Assembly: GCA_965204745.1 (NCBI GenBank)
Contig: OZ242010.1
Location: 3,520,001 to 3,584,000, forward strand
Length of the DNA: 64,000 nt
Direction of reading: 5' to 3'
DNA from: Candidatus Latescibacterota bacterium
GTDB taxonomy: Bacteria > Latescibacterota > UBA2968
A program made the position numbers and the translations under genes. Under the pieces are notes generated by a model that did not search any database, was not told the DNA's origin, and saw nothing but the letters and a program-made list of their open reading frames with translations. Positions 59,986 to 64,000 of the stretch are shown here, piece after piece; the first letter of the stretch is position 1, and each line of letters opens with the position of its first letter.

Positions 59986-60254
59986 CCTGTTACCGGCAAA
60001 TAACAAACGCCCACCGCCAAACCGAGCGCGAAGACGCCCCAAACATCCCGCCGAGTCAGTTCGCGCCCTGACGCTCGCTCCTGCGAGGACGGAGACTGGG
60101 CGAGGCGACGTTTGTCGCGCAATTCGTCGCGCCCTGACGCTCGCGCAACCGAGGACACTGACCGCCGCGCCCTCGCCTCCTCCCTCGCCACCCGCCGCGC
60201 CCTCGCAGTTGACTTACTCCTGCGCGGATTGTTTGTCTTTCTCTTCTTCGCCAT
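59986..60254 (-). pseudogene. Truncated N-terminus of a membrane protein, possibly a TPR/TMTC-type glycosyltransferase
   Basis: Basic leader MAKKRK.. then TM helix LALGLAVGVCYLP-like segment, running into a GGGACCTATCCCCCGGCCC repeat unit at about 59969. Confidence 0.4.
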
Positions 60255-60630
60255 TGTTGTACCAATGTGATTTTTCGTTGTCCTAATTTTTCTAATACAC
60301 GACAAAAGCGCGCACAGGCGTAGCCTACAACGGAGCGGCGAGTAATAGACGGAGCGGGGTACAACTGCAATAGCAGTTCATCGTAGGGACAGGCCCCCGT
60401 GCCTGTCCGAAGCAGTGATAGTTGAAGTGTTCCAGTATAGCGGTCATGTATCTGAAAGAGAGGCATATCTACGGCTCGGGATTTGCGTGTTGCAACTCTC
60501 ACGCAGGTGCCACCTCGAATTGCCTCTTGCCTCTCGCCTCTTGCCTCTCGCCTCTTGCTTCTTGCCTCTTGCTTCTCGACTCTTGCCTCTTACCTCTCCC
60601 CTCTTGCCTCTCCCCGCTGTATTGCAACTT

Positions 60631-62178
60631 TCACGCAGGTGCCACCTCGAAAGCCACCAAGTTGCGGGTCTTTTTGCTGAATGTCGTTGCGATGAGATGA
60701 ATCGGAAGGCCAGCGTCTCGATACTTATCCGCGTAGTGCCGCGCTCGCAGTTGCGTCAGGCCGATGCCCTCGGAGTCCGATTCGACCACTTTGAACTCGA
60801 ACAAGTAGATGTTGTCGTTGAAGCGCACCGCCATGTCCAAACGCCCGTGGCTACTGCTGTCCTCTACGGTGATGTCTAGCCCCAGCGACGCAAAGTAGGA
60901 GTAAAACACACTGGCGTAGTAACCTTCGTAGTCGGCGATGTCGTTTTTCGTGTGCCACTGGTAGGGGATGCTGGCGAAGAATGCCTTGAACAAGTTCTCC
61001 AGACCGCCGAAGTCGTTGACCAACAACAAGTCGTACAGACGGGCAATGTACTCCACCTGTTGCGCCGGGCTTTTCGTCAAGCGATTCAGCAAACTCTCGT
61101 TCAGGCTCTGGCGCACTTCTTGGTTCGGGTAGCCCAACCGGTAGTAGGTCCTGCTACCGCGTGGTTCTGTCTGGTGGATGGTCAGATAGCCCGTTTGGAA
61201 CAGCAGGGCTTCGGTAGCCATGTGGTCGATGTCGAAGGCCGATAGCAACTCGTCGGTGCCCAGCATATTGTCTAAAGCCAATGAACCGACCCCGCGTGTC
61301 ACTAGGGTCTCGATCAGAAAGGTCGGCGTGGCGGTCTCGAACCAGTAGGCGCCGAACCGGCGGCGGCGAAAGAGCAGCAACACATCGAAGGGGTTATAGA
61401 CCCGCTCGTTCCCCAGCCAGTTGTAGCCATTGTACCAGCGGCGGATTTCGTCGCGATCCAAGCCGGGAAGTTCCGGCGCAAACACCGCGTCCAGGTCCGC
61501 GTCCGTGTACCCGCACAGCGCGGAGTAGCGCGGTTCGAGGGTGATGTCGATGAGATTGTTGAGCCCAGAGAACAGGCTGACCTTGGAAAACTTGCTCACG
61601 CCGGTGAGGAACGCAAACTTGATATGTGCGTCGCTATCCTTGATCGTGGCGTATAGGCCGCGCAGAAAGTCGCGGTTGGCACGGGCGATTTCCGGCTCCT
61701 CGAGCGCGTCTAAAATCGGCTTGTCGTACTCGTCAATCAACACCACAACCCGCTGTCCCGCACGCTCGTGCAATGCCTCGATCAGAAAGGCAAAACGCCC
61801 CGGTTCTGTCGCGTACTCGGACTTCATGCCCGCCCGACGTTCCACCGCGTCTAATTGTGCCATCAGATTCGCTTGCAGATAGCCCGGTTCCTTGAAGTTG
61901 CCGCTACCAAAACTCAGGCGCACCACCGGATAGCGAACCGACCAATCCCAGTGGTCGTGGATGTCGAGCCCCTCAAACAGCGGCGCGTTGCCCTCGAACA
62001 ATTCCTTCAACGTGTCGAGGAACAGACTCTTGCCAAAGCGGCGCGGGCGAGAGAGGAAGTAGAGCTTGCCTTCATCGACCAACCGCCGGATGTAGGCGGT
62101 CTTATCGACATAGTAATGGTTCTGCTCGCGAATCTCGCGGAAGGTCTGAATGCCAATGGGCAGTTTGCGTTTATCCAT
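60631..62178 (-). CDS. AAA-ATPase-like domain plus PD-(D/E)XK nuclease (DUF1703-type), copy 1
   Basis: LPIGIQTF, YVDKT, SRPRRFGKS, LIDEYDKP, YNGY, GRLD..FEFK..Q..Y motifs; AGGA RBS. Confidence 0.92.
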   Translation of the reverse strand: MDKRKLPIGIQTFREIREQNHYYVDKTAYIRRLVDEGKLYFLSRPRRFGKSLFLDTLKELFEGNAPLFEGLDIHDHWDWSVRYPVVRLSFGSGNFKEPGYLQANLMAQLDAVERRAGMKSEYATEPGRFAFLIEALHERAGQRVVVLIDEYDKPILDALEEPEIARANRDFLRGLYATIKDSDAHIKFAFLTGVSKFSKVSLFSGLNNLIDITLEPRYSALCGYTDADLDAVFAPELPGLDRDEIRRWYNGYNWLGNERVYNPFDVLLLFRRRRFGAYWFETATPTFLIETLVTRGVGSLALDNMLGTDELLSAFDIDHMATEALLFQTGYLTIHQTEPRGSRTYYRLGYPNQEVRQSLNESLLNRLTKSPAQQVEYIARLYDLLLVNDFGGLENLFKAFFASIPYQWHTKNDIADYEGYYASVFYSYFASLGLDITVEDSSSHGRLDMAVRFNDNIYLFEFKVVESDSEGIGLTQLRARHYADKYRDAGLPIHLIATTFSKKTRNLVAFEVAPA

Positions 62179-62464
62179 CCTTTCCTCCTTCAAGAGCCGA
62201 ATCCCGCGCCAATCGGTCTTGGCGTGGCGGCGTTTTGTTTCCGCGGTTGTGTTTCCCGCTGATCCTTTTTTCTGCTCATATTGCAAGCGGTTAATGCCCA
62301 AGCCGAAGATACCACAACATATACGGTCATGTATCTAGCGGGTGGTCATATCTACGGCTCGGGGTTTGCGTGTTGCAACTCTCACGCAGGTGCCACCTCG
62401 AATTGCCTCTTGCCTCTTGCCTTTTGCCTCTTGCCTCTTGCCTCTCCCCGCTGTGTTGCAACTC

Positions 62465-64000
62465 TCACGCAGGTGCCACCTCGAAAGCCACCAAGTTGCG
62501 GGTCTTTTTGCTGAACGTCACCGCGATGAGATGAATCGACAGGCCAGCGTCTCGATACTTATCCGCGTAGTGCCGCGCTCGCAGTTGCGTCAGGCCGATG
62601 CCCTCGGAGTCCGATTCGACCACTTTGAACTCGAACAAGTAGATGTTGGCGTTGAAACGCACCGCCATGTCCAAACGCCCGTGGCTGCTGCTGTCCTCTA
62701 CGGCGATGTCTAGCCCTAACGACGCAAAGTAGGAGTAGAACACACTGGCGTAGTAGCCTTCGTAGTCGGCGATGTCGTTTTTCGTGTGCCACTGGTAGGG
62801 GATGCTGGCGAAGAATGCCTTGAACAAACTTTCCAGCCCAACGAAGTCAGCGGTCAACAGCAAGTCGTACAGCCGGGCACTGTGCTCTGCCTGCCGCGCT
62901 GGGCTTTCCGTCAAGTGATTCAGCAAGCTCTCGTTCAGGCTCTGGCGCACTTCTTGGTTCGGGTAGCCCAACCGGTAGTAGGTCCTGCTACCGCGCGGTT
63001 CTGTCTGGTGGATGGTCAGATAGCCCGTCTGGAACAGCAGGGCTTCGGTGGCTATGTGGTCGATGTCGAAGGCCGATAGCAACTCGTCGGTGCCCAGCAT
63101 ATTGTCCAAAGCCAATGAACCGACCCCGCGTGTCATTAGCGTCTCGATCAGAAAGGTCGGCGTGGCGGTCTCGAACCAGTAGGCGCCGAACCGACGACGG
63201 CGAAAGAGCAGAAGCACATCAAAGGGATTATAGACCCGCTCGTTCCCCAGCCAGTTGTAGCCATTGTACCAGCGGCGGATTTCGTCGCGATTCAAGCCGG
63301 GAAGTTCCGGCGCAAACACCGCGTCCAGGTCCGCGTCCGTGTACCCGCACAGGGCGGAGTAGCGCGGTTCGAGGGTGATGTCGATGAGATTGTTGAGGCC
63401 AGAGAACAGGCTGACCTTGGAAAACTTGCTCACGCCGGTGAGGAACGCAAACTTGATATGCGCGTCGGCGAACTTGATGGTCGCATACAACCCGCGCAGA
63501 AAGTTGCGGTTGGCGCGGGCGATTTCCGGCTCTTCCAGCGCGTCTAAAATCGGCTTGTCGTACTCGTCGATCAGCACCGCGACGGGTCGCCCGGTCTGAC
63601 GATGCAATGCCTCTATCAGATGGGCGAAACGCCCCGGCGCCGTGGCGTATTCGGAGGTTATTTGTTCTCGACATTCAATGGCGGTCAGTTGTTCCATGAC
63701 GTTCGCCTGGAGGTGCCCCGGCACCCCATAGTCTCCGTTGCTGAAGTCGATCCGCACCACCGGATAGCGAACCGACCAATCCCAGTGGTCGTGGATGTCG
63801 AGCCCCTCAAATAGCGGCGCGTTGCCCTCGAACAATTCCTTCAGCGTGTCGAGGAACAGACTCTTGCCAAAGCGGCGCGGGCGCGACAAAAAGAAATGGC
63901 TACCCTCATCCATCAGTTGCCGCATGTAGGCGGTCTTATCGACATAGTAGCAGTTTTCCTCTCGCATCTTGCGAAAGGTCTGAATGCCAATGGGCAGTTT
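62465..64000 (-). CDS. AAA-ATPase-like plus PD-(D/E)XK nuclease, copy 2 (start just outside the window)
   Basis: Frame is open to the window edge (KLPIGIQTFRKM); close paralog of copy 1. Confidence 0.92.
   Translation of the reverse strand, partial: KLPIGIQTFRKMREENCYYVDKTAYMRQLMDEGSHFFLSRPRRFGKSLFLDTLKELFEGNAPLFEGLDIHDHWDWSVRYPVVRIDFSNGDYGVPGHLQANVMEQLTAIECREQITSEYATAPGRFAHLIEALHRQTGRPVAVLIDEYDKPILDALEEPEIARANRNFLRGLYATIKFADAHIKFAFLTGVSKFSKVSLFSGLNNLIDITLEPRYSALCGYTDADLDAVFAPELPGLNRDEIRRWYNGYNWLGNERVYNPFDVLLLFRRRRFGAYWFETATPTFLIETLMTRGVGSLALDNMLGTDELLSAFDIDHIATEALLFQTGYLTIHQTEPRGSRTYYRLGYPNQEVRQSLNESLLNHLTESPARQAEHSARLYDLLLTADFVGLESLFKAFFASIPYQWHTKNDIADYEGYYASVFYSYFASLGLDIAVEDSSSHGRLDMAVRFNANIYLFEFKVVESDSEGIGLTQLRARHYADKYRDAGLSIHLIAVTFSKKTRNLVAFEVAPA

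Overview
GC-rich bacterial chromosomal segment. Its gene content (PhyH dioxygenases, sulfatase, TPR proteins, giant FN3/GLUG/Calx-beta surface proteins, AAA-PD-(D/E)XK paralogs) resembles sponge-associated Latescibacterota/Gemmatimonadota-like symbionts; this is inference only. The window holds the 3' end of one giant surface-protein gene (1-1228) and a complete 5667-aa paralog (30507-47510). Between them lies a housekeeping block: a pyr cluster with a split carB, nnr, three tRNAs and gltX. Downstream are a candidate ssDNA-annealing recombinase operon, catabolic genes, PBP1A and two tandem AAA-nuclease paralogs. Intergenic DNA is dense with nested non-autonomous repeats (MITEs, REP-like palindromes, 7-/9-mer arrays). 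I recognised no transposase, reverse transcriptase, CRISPR array or prophage. Best leads: (1) a C19 tract that could act as a three-state slippage switch on the giant adhesin; (2) cassette-like variable modules in that adhesin, with an orphan Red-beta/RecT/Rad52-like gene directly downstream, possibly an adhesin-diversification system; (3) a selenocysteine-encoding ArsC truncated by the ORF track; (4) a split CarB; (5) heptamer arrays flanked by 30-33 bp duplications. All family assignments come from motif recognition by eye; no searches were run.
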